From Paraspadella gotoi (taxonomy: Eukaryota > Animalia > Chaetognatha), in contig CM119269.1 in NCBI GenBank assembly GCA_051294375.1, forward strand, positions 12,130,896 through 12,194,895: a stretch of DNA of 64,000 bases. The letters are read 5' to 3'. The position numbers were made by a program, and so were the translations under genes. Shown here piece by piece: positions 51,785 through 64,000 of the stretch. The notes beneath the pieces are model-generated. The model saw only the letters and a list, made by a program, of their open reading frames with translations. It was not told where the DNA came from and ran no database searches. Within the stretch, counting starts at the first letter, position 1. Each line of letters starts with the position of its first letter.

Positions 51785-54700
51785 GAATGTGATTACTTCT
51801 TCCTCTGGAAATTCATTGGTCGCGCCGCTGACGCCGCTGCTGACGCCGCGGCCGCCACCGCCGCTGGAATTATTCTCCCTTTCGTCACTTCCGGGCGCGG
51901 CTGCAGGGCCGTCATTAGGAGCGCCGGATGAGAATTCTGGGACGCGGCCATTATTGGCGTTTCGTGAGTTATCAGTGCTGAGCAGATTTGGGGCGACAGG
52001 TAACGCCCAAGTGGCGATGGATGGCAACCTTTGGGGGAGTCCATTTTGGGTGAAGGGTGACTTCCTAGTGGCGTTGGATGGTAGCCCACTTGTGAGCCCG
52101 TTCGGGGTGGTGGGTATCGACCCCTGGGCGAGCTTATTACCGGCGGTGGTTGACTTCCAAGAAGCGACTCGAGACGACCCTTTGGCGAGGCCATTTCCGG
52201 CGATTTGCGACGACTTAGAGGCGGTGGATGGCAGCCCAAAGGCGAGCTCATTTTGCGCGATCGACGACCCAGTGGTGCGCCCATTTTGGACTATGGGTGA
52301 CGACCCAGCGGTGAGGACATTTCCCCTTCGGCTTCGAGTCCATTCTCTCCGAATTTCATCGAGAGGAGGAAATGGATTCTTTTCCTTGGATTCAATTAGA
52401 GACGAAGACCGATCTCTCTCTCGTCTCGCTCTCCATCTCGCTTTCTCTTTAATTCCCTTCTCTCTCCAACTCGCTTTCTCTTTAATTCCCTTCTCTCTCC
52501 GTCCCCCTTTGTCTCCTTTTCTCTCTCTCTCTCTCTCCGGCTTCCCAGATCCAAATCCGCCCACGTTGTCGCCGACTTTTTCCCATCGCCCGAATGTGAC
52601 ATCATCATCGTCGTCGTCGTCGTTGTCGTCTTCGTCATTCTCGTTTTTTTCGATTCTCCTTCCTCGTTCCACATCCGCTCCACTAAATTTGTTCCCTTTT
52701 TGTTTTATTGCTTCATTTTTAGTTTCCCTTTTTATCATTATTATTTCCTCCGCTCGTTTCGTTTCTTGTTTCTCGGATCGCGTCGCCCGTTTCGTTTTGT
52801 TTCGTTTCGTTTCTTGTTTCTCGGACCGTTTCGTTTCCGGCGTCAACTCTTTTCCACTTTTCTCTTTTTCCCGACGATAATTGATTTGTTTTCCTCCTTT
52901 TTTTCTTTCCTTTATTTTCTTTCTTTCCTTTCCTCCGTTTTCCTCCCTTTCCTCCTCATCTCCCCTTCCTCCTTTTTTATCTTCCTCCTCGAGAGGCCCT
53001 GTCCTCATTTGCGTATTTGCCGAGATTGCCGACTCCTTTTCGTTGGCCGGTTTTTGCCGGAAATCTCTGTTTTCTCGTCCGAAGGACGAATTGGTGAAAA
53101 TTTTTTCGAGAGGAAAAAGTTTTCTAGCGAATCTATTTATAGATTTAAAATCGACGGAATTTTCTTTGAATGGAATCGCGACCGAAGAATCGAGCATAAA
53201 AGAATTTCCGGCGGATTTATTCTCCTCTTCTTCGAGCCGAAAAGACTTCTCGGCGGATTTCTCGGCGGAATGTTTGAGAACAAAATATTTTGTGTCAGAC
53301 ATTTCGCCGGATCGTGTCCCATATTTTTTCCCTTTTTTCTTTCTTTTTTTCTTTTCTCTTTTCTTCTCTTTTTTCTCCGCGGATACAATTTCCGCTTCCC
53401 AGTCTCCTCTTTTGGTGACCTCCTCTCTTTTAGAATCCTCTCTTTCAGTCTCTTCTCTATTTATTTCCTCTCTTTTCCTCTCTTTTCCTTTAGTTATATT
53501 TCTTTTCGTTTCTTTTTTATTAATTTCCTCTCTTTCGGCTATCCTTTTTTCAAGGTCTTCTTTCTCCATGTCATCTCTCCAATGGAAATGGCCTTCCATG
53601 TCATTTCTTTCCATGCCACTTCTTTTAGGCGCATCTCTTCCCATCCCATCTCTTCCAATTCCTTCTATTCCCATCCCATCTCTTTCCATCTCATTCCCTC
53701 CGATCCCATCTTTTCCCATCTCATCTCTTTCAAGGTCATCGCTCTCCGTTCCGTTTACAAATCCCATTCTCTTAATTTTCTCTTTTCCATCAAATTTTTC
53801 TCTTTCAAATTCGATTTTCTTAATTTGTTTTCTCATCGAATTTAATTCAATTTCTTCTTTCAATTTTGTCCCGATCAAGTCGTTGGTTTTTGTTTTGCTT
53901 CGATTGTTTACGCTTTCTTTGTCTTTTACTTCGTAGCCTCGTTTTCGTTTCTTTTCCCTTACGTTGTTCTCTTGTTCGACTTTTTCTCCGATCCAATAGT
54001 TCCACCAGTCAGATTTTTGCTCCAGCGACTCGGATAGATTTTGTTCTTTTGTCGAAAATTTTTCGTTTCCTAATTCGACACCGGGCGAAAGGGCTTCCAT
54101 GTCGGCATGGTCGCCATTCCTCTCGACAAGGTCGCCCTCCTCTTCGGCATGAAAGTCGTTAGCTTCTCCGCGATTTCCTTTGAGTGTGGCGTGAATTTTG
54201 GGAAGTCTGTGAGCGAATTGATGGTTTTTCACACCTGGTGGAAACAAATCCATTTCCTTATTTTCCGTCGGGTCTTTTTTTGTCGGTTTTACGACGTTAA
54301 CGCCATCGATGACTAGGCCGGTGCTTGTCTCAACTTTGAAGCGAGAGCTTGTTTCATTTTTAAAACTGGAGCTTGTTTCATTTTTAAAGTCGGAGCTTGG
54401 TTCATATCTCTCGCCGGCGCTTGCCTCAACTTTGAAGCGATAGCTTGTTTCATTTTTAAAGACGAAGCTTGGTTCATCTCTCGCGCCGTTCTTTGCCCCA
54501 ACTTTGAAGCCAGGGCTTGTTTCACCTTTAAAGCGGGAGCTTGGGTCACCTCTTGCGTCGCTGTTTGCCTCTACTTTGACGCCTGAGCTTGCTCTCCCAC
54601 CCGATCTTACTTCTCCTCGGACGCCGGAGCTTGCTTCACTTTCGACGTTGACTCGCGAATGTTTTTTGTCTTTACCATTTTCGATGTTTTCGTTAATCTG

Positions 54701-55852
54701 AACTTCAGAGAAACCTCCACCTATTTTTCTCTCGTACTCGATTGAAAAATTTCCTCTAATTTTAGCAACTTTTTCCTCTTCCATTTCGCGTCTGTATTTT
54801 CCCTTTTTACGAGAGTTGCCATGGCGACCATCTCGTTTTTTCTCTCTTTTGTGATTCGGTTTTTTTTCCATTTGGGAAGAATTTCCGTTCCATCGGTTCT
54901 TTCCATTTTTCCCCTTGTTGCGGATATTGGCATTTGCAATATCAATTGCAATTGCAATTGCTTCCCCTTTATTCTCCCTGTAAATATTCTCGGTAATATT
55001 TTTCAATTCTTTTTGTCGTTTTATTTCGTTGTTGTTTTCGTCGTCGTCGTCGCTGTCGTCGTCGTCGTAAACATTTTTCCAAGCCACAGGAACCGTTAAA
55101 AGTTTTCTCTCGATTCCAGGATTATTCCTTCGCTCGGGATTTATGGAGGATTTATTTTGTTTAAGCCTTTTTCTTTTTCTTTCTCTTTGCGATTTCTTTT
55201 CGATCCTCTCTTTTCCCTTTTGTTTTTCGCCCTCTGGTTGTTTTTTTACCCGCCAGAGTTGACGTCCATATTTGGTTGTGAAAACAAAGTCGTCTGGCGG
55301 AATCGAACTCGGGTCTTTTCGATTCGATTCCATTTCCGTTGGAACCGAGAGTGAATTTGCATGTTTCCAGTTCTCTTCCGTTACGTCTTTGAATTTGCTT
55401 GCATCTGCTTGGCCAACGACTTTGTCTATTATGTTGACAATTTTTTCGTCAGTTATAGAATTATCATTTCGTAAAATTCCATCGGAAAAAGAAAGAGATT
55501 TTTTAAATTTTCTTTTCTTTTTATCTTTTTCCTTTTTCTCCGAACTTTTTTCGACTTTCGACGATTCTTGATTCATATTTGAATCTTCATTCATCTTTCG
55601 ATGAATTTCCCCGTTTGACTTTTTTTCTTTATTACGAAATTCGCATTCAAATTTATTTCCCGCATTTTCGTCGTCGTTATCGTCGTCGTTATCGTCGTCG
55701 TTCGTTTCGCTGATGAGATTCGGATGATTTTCTCCTAAACTCGAATTTTTTTCGTTGAGAAGCGAAGGAATTTCAGTCGTGGATTCGATCCCGGGTTCTC
55801 CCAGGGACGTGGCCGTCGTCATCACGTCTCGCCACGCCCTTCGCCTCGCCAC
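51782..55852 (-). CDS. Giant low-complexity charged exon (1356 aa) of the putative GPCR ectodomain or a secreted protein
   Basis: TTCCCAG|GTG acceptor, phase 0. 4-kb uninterrupted ORF in AT-rich DNA with many N-x-S/T sequons (FKNETS repeats). Ends at TAG, one base out of frame with the downstream ORF. Confidence 0.75.
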   Translation of the reverse strand: MARRRAWRDVMTTATSLGEPGIESTTEIPSLLNEKNSSLGENHPNLISETNDDDNDDDNDDENAGNKFECEFRNKEKKSNGEIHRKMNEDSNMNQESSKVEKSSEKKEKDKKKRKFKKSLSFSDGILRNDNSITDEKIVNIIDKVVGQADASKFKDVTEENWKHANSLSVPTEMESNRKDPSSIPPDDFVFTTKYGRQLWRVKKQPEGEKQKGKERIEKKSQRERKRKRLKQNKSSINPERRNNPGIERKLLTVPVAWKNVYDDDDSDDDDENNNEIKRQKELKNITENIYRENKGEAIAIAIDIANANIRNKGKNGKNRWNGNSSQMEKKPNHKREKKRDGRHGNSRKKGKYRREMEEEKVAKIRGNFSIEYERKIGGGFSEVQINENIENGKDKKHSRVNVESEASSGVRGEVRSGGRASSGVKVEANSDARGDPSSRFKGETSPGFKVGAKNGARDEPSFVFKNETSYRFKVEASAGERYEPSSDFKNETSSSFKNETSSRFKVETSTGLVIDGVNVVKPTKKDPTENKEMDLFPPGVKNHQFAHRLPKIHATLKGNRGEANDFHAEEEGDLVERNGDHADMEALSPGVELGNEKFSTKEQNLSESLEQKSDWWNYWIGEKVEQENNVREKKRKRGYEVKDKESVNNRSKTKTNDLIGTKLKEEIELNSMRKQIKKIEFEREKFDGKEKIKRMGFVNGTESDDLERDEMGKDGIGGNEMERDGMGIEGIGRDGMGRDAPKRSGMERNDMEGHFHWRDDMEKEDLEKRIAEREEINKKETKRNITKGKERKREEINREETEREDSKREEVTKRGDWEAEIVSAEKKEKKREKKKRKKKGKKYGTRSGEMSDTKYFVLKHSAEKSAEKSFRLEEEENKSAGNSFMLDSSVAIPFKENSVDFKSINRFARKLFPLEKIFTNSSFGRENRDFRQKPANEKESAISANTQMRTGPLEEEDKKGGRGDEEEREENGGKERKKIKERKKGGKQINYRREKEKSGKELTPETKRSEKQETKRNKTKRATRSEKQETKRAEEIIMIKRETKNEAIKQKGNKFSGADVERGRRIEKNENDEDDNDDDDDDDVTFGRWEKVGDNVGGFGSGKPERERERKGDKGGRREKGIKEKASWREKGIKEKARWRARRERDRSSSLIESKEKNPFPPLDEIRREWTRSRRGNVLTAGSSPIVQNGRTTGSSIAQNELAFGLPSTASKSSQIAGNGLAKGSSRVASWKSTTAGNKLAQGSIPTTPNGLTSGLPSNATRKSPFTQNGLPQRLPSIATWALPVAPNLLSTDNSRNANNGRVPEFSSGAPNDGPAAAPGSDERENNSSGGGGRGVSSGVSGATNEFPEEEVITF

Positions 55853-56222
55853 CTGGGAAAAATAAAAATTTTCAAATTATATCAGGTTGAGTTAATAACT
55901 TAATCAGCGATTAATGGCGGCAATAAGATTAAACCGGAAAATTAATTACATAAAAGCGACGTTTAAAAAAAAAAGCAATTATCGGTTTACTATTAATCGG
56001 GCGCAAATTAAAATAAGCTTGGCGCCGCTCGACCGCTCCGGCGCTATGCTATTCGCCAGATGGCGAAGCAAACGCCTCGAGCGTTTCCTTATCTCTGATT
56101 CATCCAAAAGTAAACAGTAAACAAACGAAGTAAACGATAACAGTAAACAAAAAACAAACTCAAAAAAGTGAAAAATGAATCTCCGGATGTTTCTAAATCT
56201 CGACCGTCCGCCTCTCACAACC

Positions 56223-56269
<47 letters not shown>

Positions 56270-56372
56270 GCTCTCGCTCTGCTTCTCGTCTCTCTCTCTT
56301 CTCTCTCTCTCTATCTCTCCTCTCACCCTTCTGAATTCGTAAGGGGTTCAAAATGTCCATCATAATTCTTAC

Positions 56373-58768
56373 CTTGTCGTTGTCGTCTTCGTGTTCGCCA
56401 AAGTCGAGGCGACCCCTCTCGGTTCCATCTTCACCTTTTCGGTCTTTGCGATTCCATCGCAAACTTTCCATTCCATTTCTGGCGTCATTTTTCGTCTGAT
56501 TTTTATCGATGGCTAAATTATTTTCTATCGTGAAAATATCGGGACTTGTTTCCATTTGAATTTGACCCCTAGTTTTATTTTTAATTTCGTGTTGAGCTCT
56601 ATATAAAATTTGTTTGTTGTTATCGTTTCGAACATTTTTGAAATCCTCGTTGGCGCCAAATTCAACGTTTTTCTTTTTGGGCTTTTTTATGTCAGCGTTA
56701 ACGGTTTTCTCCTTTTCATTATCGTTGTTATCGACGTCATTGTCGTCAACGTCGTCATCCCAGCCTCGTTTCCATTTAAAGTCATGGACATTTTCTTTTT
56801 TGTCAAAACTTTGAATAAAGTTTTCTGTTTTGACGTCACTCATTCTGCCAATTGCACTCATCGTCGCCGCAACCATCTCTGCCGCCATTTTCGTTGACGC
56901 CGCCGCCTCCTCCGCCGCCTCCGCCGCCGCCTCCTCCTCCGCCGCCGTCATTTCCTCGGCCTGAGTCGGCTTCGCGTTCAACTTGTCAGAATTCTTTGAA
57001 ATTTTCGAATCTTTAATCTCATTTTCGAAATTCTTGTCGCTCCTTTGCAACGCTCCTTCATTTTCTCTGCTCCTATCTTTCACTCTTCCTTTCCTCTTTT
57101 CACTCCTAACTTCTGCGTTTTTTCTGCCTTCCTCCTTCCCTTTGATTTCCTCCGCTCCTCTTTCCTCCCTTCTACTCCTTTCTTCCGTTCTTCTTTTCTC
57201 AATTCCGCTCCTATCTCCCGCTCCACTTTTTTTCACGACTTTTTCCTTTCGCCTTTCAAAGATTTCGGATCTCTTTGTCGCCATCGTCGTCGTCGTCGTC
57301 GTCATCATCGTTTTCGCCGTTTTCCTCCTCATCTTCGTCGCTTTCGACGTCGTCATCTTCATCGTTGTCGTCGTCGTTTTCGTCGTCGCCGTCATCGTCG
57401 TCTTCGTCTTCGCCATCTCCGTCGCGTCTCCTTCATTATCTCGAGTTTTTCTTTGTCTTTGTTCTTTGTCTTTATTTGTCTTTCTTTCTTTTTTCTTTTC
57501 ATTTTCTTTTTCCAAATTTTGGTCTTGAGCGAATTCGTGAAACGAGCGTCCGAGGGGCGACAACGAAAGAGAAAGTTGTTGGCTTTTCAAGGATTCGCTT
57601 CGGATTTTTAAATGTTTTCGATTCGTTGCTTGTTTTCCGATGTTTTCACTTATGGATTCTTCCTTTTTGATTCTTTCCTTCCTAGATTCTTCCTTTTCAA
57701 TTCTTTCCTTTTTAGATTCCTTTTTGAATCTTTCCTTCTTGTATTCTTCCTTTTTGATTCTTTCCTTCCTAGATTCTTCCTTTTCAATTCTTTCCTTTTT
57801 AGATTCCTTTTTGATTCTTTCCTTCCTGGATTCTTCCTTTTCGATTCTTTCCTTTTTCTTTTCCTCCCGTCTTTTTCTATCTCCAGGCGTCTCCTCTTGA
57901 TCCCCTTTATCAAAAGGAACGCCGCCTCGAGCTCTTTCCATAAAAGCGGCGTCGCCTCGAGCTGCCGGCGCCAAAGCTTTGCTCGAAGCCTCGTTGTCAT
58001 TGAAGACCGCGTTGGCAATCTCTCCTTTGCTGTCGTCATCCATGAGGCGAAGATCTCCATTGCTGTTGTAAGTTGAACGCAAATCTCCTTTGACTATATT
58101 CATTGGGTGAACAACTCGGACCAAATTTCGAGAGTGAACATTTTTTTCTCTGAAATCCATTTTGTGAACATCCATATTGACTAGATCCGGGGTTTGAACA
58201 TTTCTTTTATTTATATTCATTAAAGAAATATACTGTTCGACCGAATTTGTGGGCGGAACATTCAAGCCGAGATCTTTTGAATCAACTTTATTATGGATAA
58301 GATTCTGAGTTTCAATTTCTCCAACGCTGATGTCCGGTCGACGAATTTCTTTATTGTCAAAATTCATGGATTTCGTATTCTTGACAAAATCTGAGAGGCG
58401 ATAATCCATGGGGCGAACATCTCCGTTGACAAAATCCATGGCGGGAACATCTCCATTGACAAAATCCATTGGGTGAACTTCCCCGTCGTTAAAAGCCGCC
58501 GTTAACTCGCCATGGACCGCTGCCGCATTCGCCGGAATCGTCGGCGCCTCATTCGCCGCATTCGCCGCCGCGGCGCCGTCGGGTTTTTTTCGTTTAAATT
58601 GATTTTCGATGCGAATTTTTTGAATTTTTTCTCCTCGATTCAAAAGGTTTTCAGACTTTTGTTGTCGTTGTTGTTCTTGTGCGAAATGTTTTTGGTTGTC
58701 GCCAGATGTCATCGTCGTTTTTGTCGTCGCGGCCAAAATTGTTGAAGTTGTCGAGAATGAAGTCGACA
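56373..58768 (-). CDS. Exon 2 (~800 aa; Thr-rich, MDFVNGDV repeats, KEESRKERI repeats)
   Basis: TTTTAAG acceptor, phase 1; AAG|GTAAGA donor, phase 0; 2.4 kb open. Confidence 0.75.
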
Positions 58769-58978
58769 CTTAAAAGCGAGAAATGTCACAATGTTAAAAA
58801 GAAAAAATAGTGACACTCTTCATCCCCATCTACCCCCAGTGCACACCGTCATTTTCATCGCCACATTTCCATTGCTTACTGTTTAGGATAGTCAGCATTC
58901 TTTATAGCGTATAGCGGCACACAGCTCTCTGTACTCTGAATATTGTACACTGCATACTTCATACTGCACACCCTTCTG

Positions 58979-59020
<42 letters not shown>

Positions 59021-60844
59021 CCCCGCTCTCCGTTTGCATTTCCTTTCCTCCACCTCAAATTTTAAAAATCAAATTCAATTTTTTTTCTCCGACTTCACTT
59101 ACATACTCCAAATCACTTACTCTTTTCTTCACTTCTTTTATTTTCTTTTTTTTTCTTTTTTTCACCGAGGAATGACTTCACTTACTCCAAACCACTTACT
59201 CTTTTCTTCACTTCTTTTCTCTCCTTCTTTCTTCATTCTTTCACTCTCACTCTTCACATCCTATCACCCCTGAATAGTTTTTATTCCCAGACTGACAGAC
59301 TGACAGACAGACAGGCTGACAGACTCCCAGTTCTACAAAGGCCCGAGTTCTAGACGAGAAGGACCAGGGGAGGGTATTTCCCGGGCTTGAAGTCAAACTA
59401 ACTTGAATCTCATACTTGAGAAATAATGTTTTTTGTCAAGACTTAATATTTTAAAAAACACATTTTATCAATGTACGTGATGATTAATTCAGTTTCCGCT
59501 TTGTAATTAGTATATTGAGTAAAGACTTTTGTATTCTGTAGCCATTTAAGGCGCCAATCAACATTGTATCCAATCGTCCATTTAATTTCTTCATTTCTCA
59601 TTCAATTAGTTCACCTTTTTTTAAAAAAATTCTATTCTCGCCCATTCAATATTTTTCCATGAGATTAAAACTCATTTGCATAAAAAGGAAACAGAGATTG
59701 AATTTAAATGTTGACACTTTACGATTATCAAGGACATTTTTTTTTCTGTGATAAGCTAATTTTTTCTTTTTAATTAAATTTTTTTTCTCGATTTTTTCCT
59801 CGTGGCTTAGTCTTTACATTTTTTTAATATGGTACATGAATAAATTCGTATTAACCTTATTCAATTATTTTAAATGAATATTAATTACTGCTCACGAAAA
59901 ACCCATGTAAATTTTGAGGCGAGATTTTCCCGCAAGCGGAGAAGTTATTTTTAGGATCTGTCAACGGAATCAGTTTTTAGATTAAATTTCTTTGTTTTTA
60001 TTTTTTAAAATAAGTTATAAAAAAGACAAAAAGAGTCGGAAGAAACAAATCTTTCACTCGATTAATAATGTTCTACATATGTACATTGTACTATAATCGC
60101 AAGAGCGAAACCGAATCAGAGGATCGGACTATCGAGATAATATTTCAGATGAGTATGACATTTTTATGGCAATGAATATATCATAAATCATAAATCATAA
60201 ATCACTGTTTTTGGTATTTAAAAAAATGAATAAATCGTTAACCAAATCAGATTTAGTATATCGAAAATTTGAATTAAAGCTCTGAATTTAAAAATTTTAT
60301 CAAAAAAATGTTTTACTTTCAACCTTTTTCTTAGGCAAAAAAAAACTTATTTTTTCTTTCAGAGTCAAAATTTTTTTTTCAATTTTAGATTTTTTTAAAA
60401 AACTTAATCTCCGTATTTGAATTCACGAAATGTCCAATGAGAATGAGAATGAGAATGAGAATGTCCAATGAGAATTAATCTGTTTACAAACGTCAACAAT
60501 CGAGTTGAGACTTTTAATTTTTTTTCTCTTGATTTTTATTTTCCTCCCACAACTTCTCTTTTTTTTACTTTCTCTTTTCTATCCATCCTCTCTTTCCTTC
60601 TTTCTTCTCTTCTCTCTCACCTTTTTCTTTCCCCTTTTTCTTTCCTTTTTCTTTCCAGCTCTCACTCTTTCTCCATCCTCCCAACCTCTTTTTAATTATC
60701 TTTATACAGCATTTACTACATCTTTTCACATCACCATCAAACAAACAATGGTAAAACGATGGCAAGACAATTTTAAAACTATGGTATAACGATTATGATC
60801 ACCATCAGCATGAACAATAATAAAAAGGAATCGTAGTGGGAGGT

Positions 60845-60875
<31 letters not shown>

Positions 60876-61064
60876 ATCGACGACGTCGTCATCGTCGTCG
60901 TCATTTTTTAGTTTCTATGAGAAATATGATAAAATGTGTCATATTTCCATTTAACATAACATGACATAATATGACATAACATGCTAATCATAATCGCCAT
61001 CGCTCCGAAACCAACCACCATAACTCTCCCCTCACGCGACTTCATGGATGAGTTTGATCATCAC

Positions 61065-61140
61065 CTGGTTGAGAAAGTCTCTCGGTCCGTGCGAAGACGT
61101 CGAGAGAGAGCGAGAGACTCATAGCCAAAAGTACAATCAT
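61065..61140 (-). CDS. Putative first coding exon encoding a signal-peptide-like N-terminus (MIVLLAMSLSLSLDVFARTERLSQP)
   Basis: AAAATG start; CAG|GTGATG phase-1 donor matching the phase-1 acceptor at 58768; hydrophobic N-terminus ending VFA. Confidence 0.6.
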
Positions 61141-61239
61141 TTTTTTCGTCTCCCTCTCTCTCTCGCTCTCCCTTCCAAAAACCGTGACGATCGCGACAGA
61201 AAATCTGGAGGGGAAATCACGGGAAGAATATTAATAAGG

Positions 61240-61312
61240 GAGAGAGAGAGAGAGAGAGAGGAAGAGATGAGAGAGAGAGAGAGAGAGAGAGAACGTGAGA
61301 GAGAGAGAGTAG

Positions 61313-61354
<42 letters not shown>

Positions 61355-61413
61355 GAGAGGAGGAGAGAGAGAAAGAAGAGGAGAGAGAGAGAGAGAGAAG
61401 GCCAGAGAGACGA

Positions 61414-61452
<39 letters not shown>

Positions 61453-61718
61453 TGAGAGAGAGAGAGAGAAGGAGACGAAAGAGAAGAGAGTAGAGAAAGA
61501 GAGAGAGAGAGTAGAGAGATGAGAGAGAGAGAGAGAGAGAGAGGAGAGAAAGAGAAGGAGAGAGAAGGAGAGAGAGGGAGAACGAGAAGAGAGAGAGAGA
61601 GAAGAGAGAGAGAGATAGAGAGAAGCGAGAACGAGAAGAGAGAGAGATAGATGAGAGAGAGAAAGAGAGAGAGGAGAGAATCGAGAGAGAGAGAGAGAAG
61701 AGAGAGAAGAGAGAGAGA

Positions 61719-61762
<44 letters not shown>
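61240..61762. repeat. Long degenerate (AG)n microsatellite
   Basis: Directly visible. Many other (AG)n, (TTTC)n, (ATTT)n and (GTC)n tracts occur in the window. Confidence 0.95.
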
Positions 61763-61764
<2 letters not shown>

Positions 61765-63013
61765 ACCATTTCGTACCCAATAACTGAATATGGGAGTGGA
61801 AATATTATCTTTTTTCACATTAAGAAATAGATAAAAGTAAAGAAATAAGAAAAAAGAAAGACAGAATAAAAGAAGAAAGAAAGAAGATCGGCCAGATAGA
61901 CAATGATAGAAAGTCAAAAGGGAAAGAAAAGAGAAAGAAAAAATGAAGAAAGAAAGAAGGACTAAAGGAAAAAAAAGAAAGATTTCCACGAAGAAAGGTT
62001 TTAAAGCGCAGAAGGACGAAATCGGTCTTCCATCGCCTCCGGGTAAAAAACCGCCTCCGCCGCCGCCTCCGCCGCCGCCTACGCCGCCTCCTCCGCCGCC
62101 GCCGTTGCACATTTGTTAGTATTTCCGGTAGAAGCGAAGAAGGGGTTAACGATTCCGCCTTCAACTTACAAGTAACTGGGGCAATCCAGGCGGAGACTCA
62201 ATTTTTTTAGTCGTGACGCGAGACGCGGTTCCTTTTAAGGTGATTTTTTGGTCGGTCTGTCTATTTGTCTATTCGTTTATTTTATCTGTTTATTTGTCTG
62301 TTTGTCTGTTTAGGAATATTATAATAAATAAAATGAAAAAATGTTTAAAGTGATGAATATAAAAAAGGGGTATAAGGTTGATAGTATAAATAAAATGGTA
62401 TTTTAATAAATAGGAGGGAGGGAAAGAGAAAGAAAGGATAAGAGCGAAAAAAAATAGAAATATATTATTGCATAATAAAGAGATAAAATATTCAAGGAGA
62501 CGAAAGGAAAGGAAAACAATGACTGCATTGTGATTATTTGTGAATGGCGTGAAAAAATAAGTGAGTCGTGAGATTTGGAATTGTTATATCGGCCAGGTCG
62601 TAATCATTAGCGCGAATGGAATAAACACGCGTTAACAACTTTTGATACATATAAAACTAAATGCTTGAGTTGCAAAGATAAACATAATGTTGACTATTAG
62701 CATGAAAAAAAAAAGTTGAACTCCCTATCTCTCTTTCTCTCTCCCTTTCCTTCTCTCTCCTCCCTCCCTCAGTCTCTCTCTCCCTTTCCTTCTCTCTCCT
62801 CCCTCCCTCTGTCTCTCTCTCCCTCCATGGCAGAGAGATTTAGAGAGAACTGACCCAAGACGACCCTTGAATCCTGTCAACCCTCACCTTTCCTTACTTT
62901 TTGCTGCTGAAGCCTCGAAGACTCACCAATATATTCAGTTCAAATTATTCGCCTTGGACGTCGCGAGACGTAACTCCGAAATTGAGTTAGAACCAAACTT
63001 TATAAGGTTAAGT

Positions 63014-63057
<44 letters not shown>

Positions 63058-63324
63058 TTACCGCGATGGAACCATTTCCGTCTCAGTTTAGATGGAAAGA
63101 TTTATGTGAGAAACAATCAAGTTTGAACTTTAAAAAAGATAGAGGAACAAGAATAAGAAAGTCTTAATTTAGACTACACATGTTCGTTAAGACATCAGTA
63201 TTAAACACAAGACGCTTCTCCCCTAAAACACAAAAAATGTCATCATTATAAAATATATTAAAGCTAAACAAAAGTTATGGAATTACAATTCGACCGTTCT
63301 TTTGTAAGCAATGAGTTTTTAAAA

Positions 63325-64000
63325 AACAAGTTTGAGCAAACAATGTCGGATCTGCCGACAATAATTAAGCGGTTGTAGAAGACGAAAATAGTAGGTAATA
63401 AGCTAATCAGATGATAAATTACAATTTTTTAAAATTTTTTTCAACTCGCATCATTTTTTCCACTCACATCATTTTTTCAACTCACATCATTTTTTCAATT
63501 TGCATCATTTTTACAATTCGCATCATTTTTTCAACTTGCGCTATTTTTATGATCATTTTTAGTGCTGATTCATCGGGGAAAAAAACGAGTCTGCAGCTGG
63601 CTCTGCAGGGGCTTTTTCTTTTTCTCTCTTTTCTCCTGCTGCTTCTACTGCTGCCTTTTGATTTCTTTATTTTTTTCTGTTATCATTTCGCTATCGCAAC
63701 ATCATGTTTTTATTTCGTTTTTTATCTCTCTTCTCTCTCTTTCTCTTCTCTCTCTCAATTGCGACGCATCCTTATGCTTTTAAGATTTTTTTCACCCTTG
63801 CATCATTTTTTCAACTTGCATAATTTTTAAATTGCATCATTTTTCCATTAATTAATTAAATTAATTAATTTAATTATTTAATTAATTAATTAATTATTAA
63901 AACATTTATTAGTAATCATAAATAATAAAGATCAAGTAAATGTGACTTATGTTTTTTCCATTTTAAACTCATTTCCACTGGTACAATTCCATCAAAACTT
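63325..64000 (-). mobile_element. HINE/DINE-1-like related copy, truncated by the window edge
   Basis: AAACAAGTTTGAGCAAACAATGTCGGATCTGC terminus; body similar to 38495-38930. Confidence 0.65.

Noticed and set aside
51789-55571. Long plus-strand Ser/Phe-rich ORFs
   Set aside because: Antisense shadows of the purine-rich minus-strand exon.
61137-62164. SLSLSL / ERERER ORFs here and elsewhere
   Set aside because: Microsatellite translations.

Overview
AT-rich, microsatellite-dense eukaryotic DNA, most likely from an invertebrate animal (spliceosomal introns; assembly gaps at 34231-34240 and 44063-44162). Two spliced minus-strand genes can be rebuilt by hand. (1) The 5' part of SPAG17/PF6 (12767 to 755, continuing off the left edge), with two alternative first coding exons. 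(2) A class A, FMRFamide-receptor-like peptide GPCR (61140 to ~24412). Its 7TM core is joined by phase-compatible exons to a signal peptide and a ~2,750-aa low-complexity ectodomain that has one frame break near 51785. Introns and intergenic DNA hold Helentron/DINE-1-like repeats, several TIR elements (Tc1-like, Chapaev-like, TTAA-type), a CsRn1-type Gypsy fragment, a tRNA-SINE and Penelope-type minimal hammerheads. The most striking signal is four circularly permuted (type P5) twister-ribozyme-like motifs from three unrelated structured elements. Their pseudoknots covary, and P1 is reduced to a short self-complementary linker. Two of them sit in tandem 430 nt apart, as expected for a retrozyme-like circular-RNA mobile element. 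All calls are by eye; no searches or folding programs were run.
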